Shown here: piece by piece, positions 50,720-60,117 of the stretch
How positions within the stretch are numbered: the stretch's first letter is position 1
Layout of the letters: each line of letters begins with the position of its first letter
Origin: Betaproteobacteria bacterium RIFCSPLOWO2_02_FULL_63_19
GTDB lineage: Bacteria; Pseudomonadota; Gammaproteobacteria; Burkholderiales; SG8-39
Assembly (NCBI GenBank): GCA_001770415.1
Contig: MEQX01000069.1
Coordinates: 9,185-73,184, forward strand
Length of the DNA: 64,000 nt
Reading direction: 5' to 3'
Program-made: the position numbers and the translations under genes
The notes under the pieces: generated by a model
Database searches by the model: none
The model's input: the letters and a program-made list of their open reading frames with translations, nothing else
Told to the model about the DNA's origin: nothing

Positions 50720-51223
50720 TTCACTCTCCTGGTGAATATTCTAATAATTCGCGCGTCGGAACTTTGCTCCTCCAGGCGCGATGTCCTTCCTGCAACCGCA
50801 TTGCACAGCCGGCCGACCGCTTCGCAAACAACGGCCGAGCCTACTCACAAAGTGGGGTAGTACGGGACTATCTTGTTGCTGCGAACGCCTTATATCAGAA
50901 ACGGCCGGCAGCGTCACTTGCCGCGTGTCGAAAATGACGTTGTCATGCAATGGGTTGTGCCCGGTTGACGGGCGACGTGCCGTTCCGATTTCGCCGAGCG
51001 CTGGCCAGACCGGAGCGTGGCCGACGGCGCGCGTACGGAGTCCTCGATCCGATTGCGCACGTGATGTAAATCACACCGCGTCACCGCGGGTGGTCCATGA
51101 TTGCATCTTCCCGCCGGAGGAGGACTGCACGCGGCACCGATCGATCGCCGCCACCAGCGTCGAGGTTGCACGGGTCCGGCGATGCGAATACGTTTCCGTT
51201 CACCAATCAGGAGAATGCATACC

Positions 51224-52240
51224 ATGGCAACGCACATTGTGAAAATCGGGGCCGTGCTGCGGACCTTGGCCGTGACGACTCTGCTTGCGGCCGCCGCCGT
51301 CGGCACGGCTGCGCAGGCGCAGACCGCAGGCGGCCCGCCGAAAGACCGGATCTTCCTCACGATCAACAGCGGTCCGCAGGGCTCGGGCTGGTACGTGGTC
51401 TCGGGGCTGATCGCCGAGCAGATCGAGAAGACGTTCCCGAACGCACGCGTGACCAACACGCCGGGTCAGCCGGTCGCCAATACCCGCGCCGTCGACGCGA
51501 AGCGGGCGGACATGGGCACCGAATTCGGCTGGCTGGCGCTCACCGCGATGGAGGGAACGAAGCCTTACAAGAAGCCGGTACACAACGTTGCGGCGATCTC
51601 CGGCCTGTACCCGACGCACTTTCAACTGTTCGCGCGCGCCGATTCGGGCATCAAGTCCTACGCCGATCTCGCCAACAAACGCATCGCCGTGGGCACCGCT
51701 GGAACCTCCGGGGACCGGATGACGCAGCGGATCCTCGCGTTCTACGGACTCAATTACGACAAGATCCGTCAGAACGGCGGCAGCGTCTCGTTCAGCGCGT
51801 ACAACGACGCCAAGCAGTTGATGAGCGACGGCCACCTCGACGCGTTCACGATCTCCTCGACCAAGCCGAACACCCAGGCCGTGGAACTGCAGCTCACGCA
51901 GGACATCCGGCTCATCCCGCTGGAGGAGAAGATCGTCGACCAGTACGTCAAGAAATTCCGCGGTTTCGGCAAGAGCCAGATCGCCGCAGGAACCTACAAG
52001 AACCAGCCGCAGGCCGTCTGGGCGATCAGCGTCCCAGCACTCATCACCGTGCGCAAGGACCTGCCCGAAAACGTGGTCTATTGGATCACCAAGGCGTGGT
52101 GGGACCACGCGAGTCAGATCGGCAAGGCCTACAGCATGGTCAAGGACGATATGGTCGCGAACGTCGCGCTCAAGGATCTCGTGGTGCCGCTGCATCCGGG
52201 CTCCGCGCGGTACTTCAAGGAGATCGGTGTCCTGAAGTAG
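51224..52240 (+). CDS. TAXI family TRAP transporter solute-binding protein
   Basis: Signal peptide; SGPQGSGWY, LYP...Q, IKS.ADL..KRIAVG..G, I.AGTY, VPLHPG..RYFKE. Confidence 0.92.
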   Translation: MATHIVKIGAVLRTLAVTTLLAAAAVGTAAQAQTAGGPPKDRIFLTINSGPQGSGWYVVSGLIAEQIEKTFPNARVTNTPGQPVANTRAVDAKRADMGTEFGWLALTAMEGTKPYKKPVHNVAAISGLYPTHFQLFARADSGIKSYADLANKRIAVGTAGTSGDRMTQRILAFYGLNYDKIRQNGGSVSFSAYNDAKQLMSDGHLDAFTISSTKPNTQAVELQLTQDIRLIPLEEKIVDQYVKKFRGFGKSQIAAGTYKNQPQAVWAISVPALITVRKDLPENVVYWITKAWWDHASQIGKAYSMVKDDMVANVALKDLVVPLHPGSARYFKEIGVLK

Positions 52241-52329
52241 GCTAGACTCGCCCTTCGTGACGACGATGTTTCCTGCGCTCTGGGCGGGCGCCGCCCGGAG
52301 CGCGAGCCGTTGAAGGACGTGGATAGTTC

Positions 52330-54231
52330 GTGCCGGAGCTGACCCAGGAAGCGAAGAAGGGCGCTGAGGAATCCGCGCTCAGCCGCGGATTCACCGCGGT
52401 GTTCCGCACCCTGCTGATCGCCACCTCGCTGTTCCATCTGTGGACCGGCGTCATGGGGCCGTTGGAGAGCTGGCTGCACCGCTCGCTGGCGCTGTCGATC
52501 TATCTTTCGCTGCTGTTCCTGCTGCCGTTCTACAAGAAGCCGGTCACCTGGCTGGCGCTCGTGCGAGTGGCGCCGCTGGTGCTCGCCAGCATCGCCATCG
52601 GCGCCTACATCTGGGTGATCTACGACGATCTTCCCGACAAGCTAGGCAACCTGAACAACTTCGACATGGCGTTCGGCGGCCTGCTGATCGTCGTCGTGCT
52701 GATCGCCGTCAAGCGCGCGATGGGATGGTCGCTGGTCATTCTGGCCCTGGCCTTCCTGATCTACACCCGATACGGCCCCTATTTCCCCGGCATTTTCGGC
52801 CACCGCGGCCTGCCGCTCGCCGCCATCGTCGAGATCATCTTTTTCAACATGGACGGCATCTACGGATTCCCGATCGGAATCATGTCCACGTTCGTATTTC
52901 TGTTCATCCTGTTCGGCGCGTTCTTCGAGAGCATCGGCCTCACCGATCTGCTCGCAAGCCTTGCGCGGTACGTGGCGCAGAGGGTGACCGGCGGGGCGGC
53001 GGTGGCCGCCGTGTTGGCCAGCGCGATCGTCGGCAGCGTTTCGGGCAGCGCGATCTCCAATGTGATGGTCACCGGCGCGTTCACGATTCCGATGATGCGG
53101 CGGGCCGGCTACAGGCCGGAAATGGCGGCGGCGATCGAAGCATCGGCCTCCACGGGCGGGCAGATCATGCCGCCGGTCATGGGCATCGCCGCCTTCGTCA
53201 TGGCCGAGGTCATCGGCATTCCCTACGTCCAGGTCGTGGTCCTGGCCCTGGTGCCGGCGCTGCTGTACTTCCTGGGGGTCGGCTGGAGCGTCTATTTCGC
53301 GGCCAAGCGCGCAGGCATAGGCATCGACCGCGAAAGCGCGCCCGAATCGCTGGGGCGGATCATGCGCTCCAAGGGATTTCTGATCCTGCCGTTGATCGCG
53401 GTCGTGTTGGCGCTGATGACGGGAGCCAGCCTGATGCGCGTCGCGATGGTGGGCATCGTCGCGTCCGTACTCGTCGGGCTGGTCAATCCGCACAAACGCT
53501 TTCGCCTGCGGGAGTTCCTGGACTCGCTCGAGAAGGGGGCCGAGGTCGCCGTTTCGATGGGCGCGGTGCTGGCATGGGTCGGTTTGACGGTGGGGCTGAT
53601 CGCCGCCAGCGGTTTCGGTTCACTGGTGGCAGGGACGCTCGTGCGGTCGGTCGGAGAAAACCTGATTGCAATTCTGCTGATCACCATGCTGATCAGTCTG
53701 GTGCTCGGCATGGGGATGACCACGGTCGCGGTATACGTGACCCTCGCGATCACGGTAGTTCCCGGCCTGGTCGAACTCGGCGTCAACCCCTACGTCGCCC
53801 ACTTTTTCGCGTTCTATTTCGGCGTACTGTCGTTCGTGACCCCGCCGGTCTGCATCGCCACCTACGCGGCGGCCGGCCTTGTCGGTGCCAACCCGACCAA
53901 GGCCGGGTGGGAAGGACTCGCGCTGACCGCGTCGGGGTTTCTGGTACCGTTTGCAGCCGTCTATCAGCCCGCGCTGATGCTGCAGGGAAGCGCGGTGGAA
54001 GCCGTCTCCGCGATCGGCACCGCATTCTTCGGCGTCGTCGCGCTCAGTGCCGGGCTGCAGGGGTATTTCTTCAGCAGAGCAGGAAAGTGGGAACGCGTGG
54101 CGCTGGCCGTGGCGGGCATTCTATTGATCGTTCCGAACCTGGCCGTTTCGGCGGTGGGCGCGTGCCTGTTCGCCGGCATCGGCTGGCTGCAGTACCGCTC
54201 GTTGCGCCGCCGCGCGGTGCCGACGAATTGA
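52330..54231 (+). CDS. TRAP transporter 4TM/12TM fused permease
   Basis: GIYG.P, FILFGAF, SGSAISNV..TG.FTIPMM, EASASTGGQIMPPVMG, LGMG, TPPV. Confidence 0.94.
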   Translation: MPELTQEAKKGAEESALSRGFTAVFRTLLIATSLFHLWTGVMGPLESWLHRSLALSIYLSLLFLLPFYKKPVTWLALVRVAPLVLASIAIGAYIWVIYDDLPDKLGNLNNFDMAFGGLLIVVVLIAVKRAMGWSLVILALAFLIYTRYGPYFPGIFGHRGLPLAAIVEIIFFNMDGIYGFPIGIMSTFVFLFILFGAFFESIGLTDLLASLARYVAQRVTGGAAVAAVLASAIVGSVSGSAISNVMVTGAFTIPMMRRAGYRPEMAAAIEASASTGGQIMPPVMGIAAFVMAEVIGIPYVQVVVLALVPALLYFLGVGWSVYFAAKRAGIGIDRESAPESLGRIMRSKGFLILPLIAVVLALMTGASLMRVAMVGIVASVLVGLVNPHKRFRLREFLDSLEKGAEVAVSMGAVLAWVGLTVGLIAASGFGSLVAGTLVRSVGENLIAILLITMLISLVLGMGMTTVAVYVTLAITVVPGLVELGVNPYVAHFFAFYFGVLSFVTPPVCIATYAAAGLVGANPTKAGWEGLALTASGFLVPFAAVYQPALMLQGSAVEAVSAIGTAFFGVVALSAGLQGYFFSRAGKWERVALAVAGILLIVPNLAVSAVGACLFAGIGWLQYRSLRRRAVPTN

Positions 54232-54248
54232 ACCGGAAAGGAGCGCCG

Positions 54249-54779
54249 ATGTCCGCGCCCGACGACGAGATCGCCTATCACCTGAGCTTCCGCGATGTCA
54301 TCCGCGTGCTGCAACTGGTCGACGCGAGCCCGTTCCTCGACCTGAAGCTGGAGATCGGGGCGCTGAAAGTGCATGTGACGCGCGAGCGGGGCGGGGAGGC
54401 GCCTGCGCCGTCCGCCGCAGCCGACACCGCGCAGTCGAAGGGCGCGCGTGGCGAGTTCGCCGAATCGCCGGCGGAACCGCTCGCCCCGGAGCGTCGCGAG
54501 GTGCCGGAGGGCACCCCTGTCGTCGCGCCGCTCGCCGGCACGTTCTACCGCGCGCCGTATCCGGGCCAGCCTCCGTTCGTGGAAGTCGGATCGGCCGTCG
54601 AAAAAGGTGCCGTGGTGGGCATACTCGAAATCATGAAGCTGATGAATAACGTGCTCGCGCCGTGCGCCGGGGTGATCGCGGCGATCTGCGCCGAGAACGA
54701 GGCGTTCGTCGAAGTCAATCAGGTACTGGCGATCGTCGCGCCGCGCGACCAAGCACGTGGGTCGGAGGGGGCGCGTTGA
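54249..54779 (+). CDS. Biotin carboxyl carrier protein (AccB-like)
   Basis: APLAGTFYRAP.PG.PPFVEVG; EIMKLMN biotinylation site. Confidence 0.93.
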   Translation: MSAPDDEIAYHLSFRDVIRVLQLVDASPFLDLKLEIGALKVHVTRERGGEAPAPSAAADTAQSKGARGEFAESPAEPLAPERREVPEGTPVVAPLAGTFYRAPYPGQPPFVEVGSAVEKGAVVGILEIMKLMNNVLAPCAGVIAAICAENEAFVEVNQVLAIVAPRDQARGSEGAR

Positions 54780-56257
54780 AGCCGCTGCGCGTTCTCGACG
54801 AGAGCCTGCGCATGGGCCAGCAGGCGCTTTGGGCCACGCGCATGAAGACGAAATGGATGCTGCCGATCGCGCCGGTCATGGACCGCGCGGGTTTTTACCA
54901 GGTGGCGGCCATGGCGCCGGTGTCGTTCGAGACCGCGGCGATGTATCTGTACGAGAATCCCTGGGAGCGGCTTCGGCTGCTGCGCCGGCACATGCCGCAT
55001 ACCAGTTTCGACTTCCTGGTGCGCTCGAGAAACGTGGTCGGGTGGGATCTGAAATCCAACGACGTGGTGGAACTTTTTCTGCAGACGCTCTACGCGACCG
55101 GCATTCACGGCATCAAGGTGTTCGATGGCCTGAACGACTACCGGAACGTCGCTTTTCACCTGCAGAAAGGCAAGGAACTCGGCTTTCACGTCAAAGGGCT
55201 GCTGACATTTACCGTAAGCCCGGTGCACACGGACGAGTATTTCGTGGGCAAGGCCCGCGAGCTGGAAGCGCTGGGCGTGGACGCCGTCATCATCGCAGAT
55301 CCCTGCGGCGCCATGCTGCCGGATCGGGCCCGCACGCTGATCGGCCGCGTGCGTGCCGAATTGCCGGCGATGGAACTGCACTTCTCAACGCACCCCAACA
55401 GCGGCGTTTCCACGCCCTGCTATCGGGAGGCCATCCGGCAGGGCATCGACGTGCTGTGGGGAGCATGTACGCCTTTGGCGAACGGACACTCGTTTCCGCC
55501 GCACGCGACGATCGTGCAACTGGCCGCGGAAGAAGGCCGTGCGATCGAACTCGACGAACGCTGCCTGCGGGAAATGGATGACTGGTTCTACTGGGCTGCC
55601 TATCAGGAGCATCGACCGATCGGCAAACCGGCGGAGTTCGATCCCGTCGCCTACGAGCGAACCATCGCCCATCAGATCCCCGGCGGCATGATGTCCAACC
55701 TGGAGAGCCAGTTGGCCGGGCTCGGCATGGCGCACCGGATGCCCGAAGTGCTCGAAGAGGCGGCGCGCGTCAGGGAGGAACTCGGCTACCCGGTCATGGT
55801 CACGCCGTTTTCGCAGTTTGTCGGCGTTCAGGCGACACTGAACGTCGTGACCGGGGACCGGTATTCGTCGGTGCCGCGCGAAATGGTGCTGTATTGCCGG
55901 GGGCACTACGGCCAGTCGCCGGGGCCGATCGATCCGAATGTGCTGGACCGGGTCGTGGGTGATCTGCCGCCGATCGACCCGACCGCGCATTATCACGACA
56001 ACACGATCGAGAAAGCTCGCGCCGCGAGGGGCGATCTGACCGACGAAGAGCTGCTGACGACCTTGTTTCTGAGCCCTGCCGCGCTGGAGACATTCACCAA
56101 GAACAGAAAGCCCATCGAGTGGGACGCGGGCGCCCGCGCGCCTCTGCTGGCCCTGATCGAACAGTTGTGCAGACGACCGAAGCTGCGCGGGGTCGAGGTC
56201 CGCTACGCGGACGTCAGCCTGACGCTGTCCACCGAATCCGGCGGTCCGGCGAGCTGA
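54776..56257 (+). CDS. Pyruvate carboxylase B / oxaloacetate decarboxylase alpha-like carboxyltransferase with a non-canonical active site
   Basis: ATRM, E.PWERLR, FDGLND, SPVHT, HQIPGGMMSNL, VREELGYPVMVTPFSQFVG. The TTG start overlaps the carrier gene stop (TTGA). Confidence 0.9.
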   Translation: MKPLRVLDESLRMGQQALWATRMKTKWMLPIAPVMDRAGFYQVAAMAPVSFETAAMYLYENPWERLRLLRRHMPHTSFDFLVRSRNVVGWDLKSNDVVELFLQTLYATGIHGIKVFDGLNDYRNVAFHLQKGKELGFHVKGLLTFTVSPVHTDEYFVGKARELEALGVDAVIIADPCGAMLPDRARTLIGRVRAELPAMELHFSTHPNSGVSTPCYREAIRQGIDVLWGACTPLANGHSFPPHATIVQLAAEEGRAIELDERCLREMDDWFYWAAYQEHRPIGKPAEFDPVAYERTIAHQIPGGMMSNLESQLAGLGMAHRMPEVLEEAARVREELGYPVMVTPFSQFVGVQATLNVVTGDRYSSVPREMVLYCRGHYGQSPGPIDPNVLDRVVGDLPPIDPTAHYHDNTIEKARAARGDLTDEELLTTLFLSPAALETFTKNRKPIEWDAGARAPLLALIEQLCRRPKLRGVEVRYADVSLTLSTESGGPAS

Positions 56258-56319
56258 TCCCGGTCGACGAGCCGGCCGGATAATAATCTGCACTGATACC
56301 CGAAAAAAGGATACCGACC

Positions 56320-57348
56320 ATGCTGGAACAGTACGTGTCACCCGCAAACAAGATCGTCGATCTGGTTGCGTCGCTGCAGTTTCCGTTCGCCAACGTGAGA
56401 CCAGGCGAAAACGTCATGATCGTGACCGATACCAACATGGACCCTTTGATCTGGCAAGCGATGATGGCCGTGATCCGCTCCAGGGGCGCCGACCCGACGC
56501 TGATGATGTATACGCCGCGCGCGCATCACACGGCCGAACCGACGGCGCCGGTGGCGCACGCGTTGAAGGGATGCGACATCTGCGTTTTCCTGACGACGAC
56601 CGCACTGGCGCACTCGGATTTCTCCGAGAATCGCGGCAACGTCGGCGTGCTGCTTATGGAGGAGGCGAACGTCGAGATACTCACCTCTCCCGGATGTCAG
56701 TTGAACGACGAGGACATGCAGCGGATCCTCGCGAGCGAGCGCTGGGTGCGCGAGTTCTGGATGGAAGGCGGCGATGTCCACGTCGTCACACCGGCCGGCA
56801 CGGATCTGCGGGCCGCGCTGGTGCCCGGCACGAAGCGCAGCGCCTACATCCGCAGGGGCATCCTGGTCCCGGAGGCGGAGAAACGCGGCGTCGGAACCTG
56901 GCCGTTCGGCGAATGCCGGGTCACTCCGCTCGAGGGCAGCGGCGAAGGCCGCGTCGTCTGGGACATCTGCGGCCACGCGCCGCCGGGACGCTATCGCAAA
57001 CCCGTGTCCCTGACCGTGAAGGCCGGGCGCGTGGTCAAGATCGAGGGCGATGGCGAGGCCGACGAGGTCAGGCGGTATCTGGAAACGCACGGCGACGAAA
57101 ACTCCTACGCCGCGCCGGCGGAAATCTCGGTGGGCCTCAATCACAAGGCCACGATCCTGGGCACGGTGCGCAACGACAAGAAGGCCCTGGGCACGGCGCA
57201 CATCGCCATCGGCCGCAGCGACATCGGCGGCAGCATCGTCAGCGCCACGCATTTCGACGGACTGATGGCGCGGCCGACGATCACCGTCAACGGCAAGGCG
57301 CTGATCAGGGAGGGCGTGCTGCAGTTCCCGCCGGGATGGACGCCGTGA
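56320..57348 (+). CDS. M29 aminopeptidase / NicX-like metalloprotein
   Basis: V.PGENVMIVTD, TPAGTDL, WP.GE, AEISVGLN, GTAHIAIG, HFDG...PTITVNG. Confidence 0.85.
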   Translation: MLEQYVSPANKIVDLVASLQFPFANVRPGENVMIVTDTNMDPLIWQAMMAVIRSRGADPTLMMYTPRAHHTAEPTAPVAHALKGCDICVFLTTTALAHSDFSENRGNVGVLLMEEANVEILTSPGCQLNDEDMQRILASERWVREFWMEGGDVHVVTPAGTDLRAALVPGTKRSAYIRRGILVPEAEKRGVGTWPFGECRVTPLEGSGEGRVVWDICGHAPPGRYRKPVSLTVKAGRVVKIEGDGEADEVRRYLETHGDENSYAAPAEISVGLNHKATILGTVRNDKKALGTAHIAIGRSDIGGSIVSATHFDGLMARPTITVNGKALIREGVLQFPPGWTP

Positions 57349-57390
57349 CCAACACGTCCGTGCGCCGCTCGTCCGCGCGTGTCGCGGGCT

Positions 57391-59049
57391 CTAGCCCGCT
57401 CCGGGAATGACCGGGACCAGCAGATGCGAGTCATACCGCCCGCCGCCGCGCACGATATGCCGGCCGGTGTTGCGCAACGGACCGTGCGCGATCATCGGGC
57501 CCTTAGGGGTCAGCTTGTAGAAATCCCGTCCCTGGATCACTGCGCGCAGGCTCTCGCCCTTGTGGAACAGCGTGCTCGAGACCAGGATCTCGATGTCGAT
57601 CGGTACGAACTCGCCGGGGTTCAGGCGCAGCTCGCGCTGGTGCAGCAGCCACGGCTGGTAGTCGGTGGAGCGCACCGGATCGAGCTCGCGGTGAGACACG
57701 CGCAGCCAGCCCAGCGCGACGGGACCGTCGTCGTAGACGGCAAAGAACGCGAACGGCACCTGCTCGCCGGCGGCATCCAGCTTGTGGATCGCGACGAAAA
57801 GGTCCATGTCGTCCCCCTCGCTGGTGGCCACCCACAGCCGCAGTTTCATGTGGCCGGTCAGCTCGGTTTCCTCGGCGAAACGGTGGTCGAACATCGCCCG
57901 GCCTTCGCGCGGGTCGTATTCCACGTCCGCTGGAGAGCTCGTCGCCGACGCGACGAGGGTGCATTCGGCGCAGTCGAGAAACAGCTTCGTATAGCGCGTG
58001 CGCGCAAGCGGAAACTCGTCTTCTGCGCGCATCGTGCCGACATAATGGCGTTCGCGCACCTCGATGTTGACCGTTGGCCAGTCGAGCACTTCGTTCCGCG
58101 TTTCCTTGAGGAAGTGGTCGAAGAACGCCCGTTGTTTTTCGACCATGTCCGGCCGAAGAAAGTACTCCCACTTGTTGCGGCCGTGCACTTCGAGCCACTT
58201 CTGTTTCGAAGACATCTGCTTGAAGCCCTCGACGGTACCTCGCGTGTGCAGGCCCTGGTCTCCCCAGCTGGCGACGACGTAGGCGGGCACCTCGATCAAC
58301 GGGAGATCGGGCGCCTTGCTCTTCCAGTAGGCGTCGAAGAACGGATGCAGGTCTATCATGGCCATCACGTCCTCGACTTCGGTGCTGGAGTAGAGGGAAC
58401 GCTCCAGCCAGGTCGGCATGAACAGATTTTCCGGAATGCCGCCGTGCTTGGCGCGCTCCCGGTAGGAATCGCTGTATCCCTCCCACGGATTGATCGCAGC
58501 AAGATGGGGCGGACGCAATGCTGCGACCTGCCACTGCATGATGGCGAGGTACGAGACCCCCGAGCATCCGACTTTGCCGTTGCTCCACGGCTGCACGGCG
58601 ACCCACTCGATCAGGTCGTAGTAGTCCTTCGCTTCGTCGGCCGACCAGAACGTCGCCTTGCCTTCGGAATACCATGTACCCCGCGGATCGACGTTGATGA
58701 TCGCATAGCCGTGCCGCGTCCAGTACAGCGGATCAGGGGCTTCGAAGGCCGCATGGCGCGACACCCACTCGGGCCTGACGCCGCCGTTGTCGTGGAAACG
58801 CGCATAGGTGCCACGCGGGGAATGTTTTCCATAGGGGCCCCACGCGATCAAAGTGGGCAATCCCCCAGTCTTGTCGTCGGGCCGGAAGATATCCACGAAG
58901 ATGCGGACGCCGTCGCGCATCGGCACGGCCACGTCGCGCTCGATGCTCATCCCGTCTTCGCGGCTGACGCGGTATCCGCGCTCGGCATTCGCCAGCTTCC
59001 CCGGCGGCTTGCCGGGGCGGAAAATGTACTCGAAGGTCTCCTTCGACAT
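57391..59049 (-). CDS. CocE/NonD family hydrolase (peptidase S15)
   Basis: VPMRDGVRI..DIFRP, PYGK, VDPRG...SEG, QPWSNGKVG..GVSY, GWLRVSHR. Confidence 0.93.
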   Translation of the reverse strand: MSKETFEYIFRPGKPPGKLANAERGYRVSREDGMSIERDVAVPMRDGVRIFVDIFRPDDKTGGLPTLIAWGPYGKHSPRGTYARFHDNGGVRPEWVSRHAAFEAPDPLYWTRHGYAIINVDPRGTWYSEGKATFWSADEAKDYYDLIEWVAVQPWSNGKVGCSGVSYLAIMQWQVAALRPPHLAAINPWEGYSDSYRERAKHGGIPENLFMPTWLERSLYSSTEVEDVMAMIDLHPFFDAYWKSKAPDLPLIEVPAYVVASWGDQGLHTRGTVEGFKQMSSKQKWLEVHGRNKWEYFLRPDMVEKQRAFFDHFLKETRNEVLDWPTVNIEVRERHYVGTMRAEDEFPLARTRYTKLFLDCAECTLVASATSSPADVEYDPREGRAMFDHRFAEETELTGHMKLRLWVATSEGDDMDLFVAIHKLDAAGEQVPFAFFAVYDDGPVALGWLRVSHRELDPVRSTDYQPWLLHQRELRLNPGEFVPIDIEILVSSTLFHKGESLRAVIQGRDFYKLTPKGPMIAHGPLRNTGRHIVRGGGRYDSHLLVPVIPGAG

Positions 59050-59233
59050 GCTTTTCCTCCCCACCGTGCTGCGGCTCGCGAACTGAACCGGCCACCGCGA
59101 GCGCGCTCATGTTTTCCGGCACATCCGGTGCCGGGTGCACTGCATCTTATGCTATTTTCGAATGCCAATGCACCCGCTCGAAGGAGGCAGCGAAGCGGGT
59201 GATGGGCAGGCATCGGAGTCGAGGGATAGGGAC

Positions 59234-60100
59234 ATGCTCGTCGATATCGTGAGCGTGCAGACGCGGGACGGGATCACGCTGCACGGCAGTCACCGGGGCG
59301 CGCGCACCGGCGTGGTGTCGGCGCTGCCGATCGACGTGCTGGTGATGCACCACGGAGTCGCCGGCAACTTCTATGGCAGCGACCTGTTCGACGACCTGAG
59401 CGATCTGGTCGTGGCTGACGGCTGCGCGGTGATCCGGGCGAACAATCGTGGGCACGATCTGGCAAGCTGGGCCGTCGATGCCGTCGGGCGTACGCGCAGC
59501 GGTGCCGCATACGAGATCATGGCCGATTCGCTTCACGATTGGGATGCGTGGATCGGGTTTGCGGCAGATCTGGGGTACGAGCGCATCGGCGTGCTCGGCC
59601 ACAGCCTGGGCGCGACAAAGACGATCTGTTATTTCGGCAACCGCGGTGACGAGAGGGTGCGGCTGGCGGTCGCGCTTTCGCCGCCCCGGCTGTCGTACAG
59701 CGCGTTCCTGCGTTCTCCTGATGGAGCCGAATTCAGCAGGTACGTGGAGACGGCGCGCAAGCGGATCGAAACCGGAGATCGCAACGCGCTGATCGACGCG
59801 GCGCTGCCGATGCCGTTCCTGGGGTCCGCGGCGACGTATTACGATAAGTACGGACCCGAGGAGCGCGTCAACATGCTGAAGCACCTGCCCAACGTGAAGC
59901 TGCCGTTGCTTGCGATGCATGGAACGACGGAGGCCGCCACGGAACTGGCGATGCGCGGCGTGCCGGAGGAACTGATGCGGCTGGCCGACGAGATTCCCAA
60001 CTTCCACTACGCGGTCGTGCCCGAAGCCGATCACTTCTATACCGGGCTGCGTCCGAAGGCGTGGAGCATCGTCCGCGACTGGCTGATGAGCCAGTCGTAG
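59234..60100 (+). CDS. Alpha/beta hydrolase
   Basis: TRDGITLHG, HG..GNFY, NNRGHD, GHSLG nucleophile elbow, ADHFY. Confidence 0.88.
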   Translation: MLVDIVSVQTRDGITLHGSHRGARTGVVSALPIDVLVMHHGVAGNFYGSDLFDDLSDLVVADGCAVIRANNRGHDLASWAVDAVGRTRSGAAYEIMADSLHDWDAWIGFAADLGYERIGVLGHSLGATKTICYFGNRGDERVRLAVALSPPRLSYSAFLRSPDGAEFSRYVETARKRIETGDRNALIDAALPMPFLGSAATYYDKYGPEERVNMLKHLPNVKLPLLAMHGTTEAATELAMRGVPEELMRLADEIPNFHYAVVPEADHFYTGLRPKAWSIVRDWLMSQS

Positions 60101-60117
60101 GCGACCGCACTTGGACG

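Noticed and set aside
54776-56257. Labelling the gene pycB or oadA
   Set aside because: Metal ligands are substituted and partner subunits are missing, so the symbol would overstate the function.
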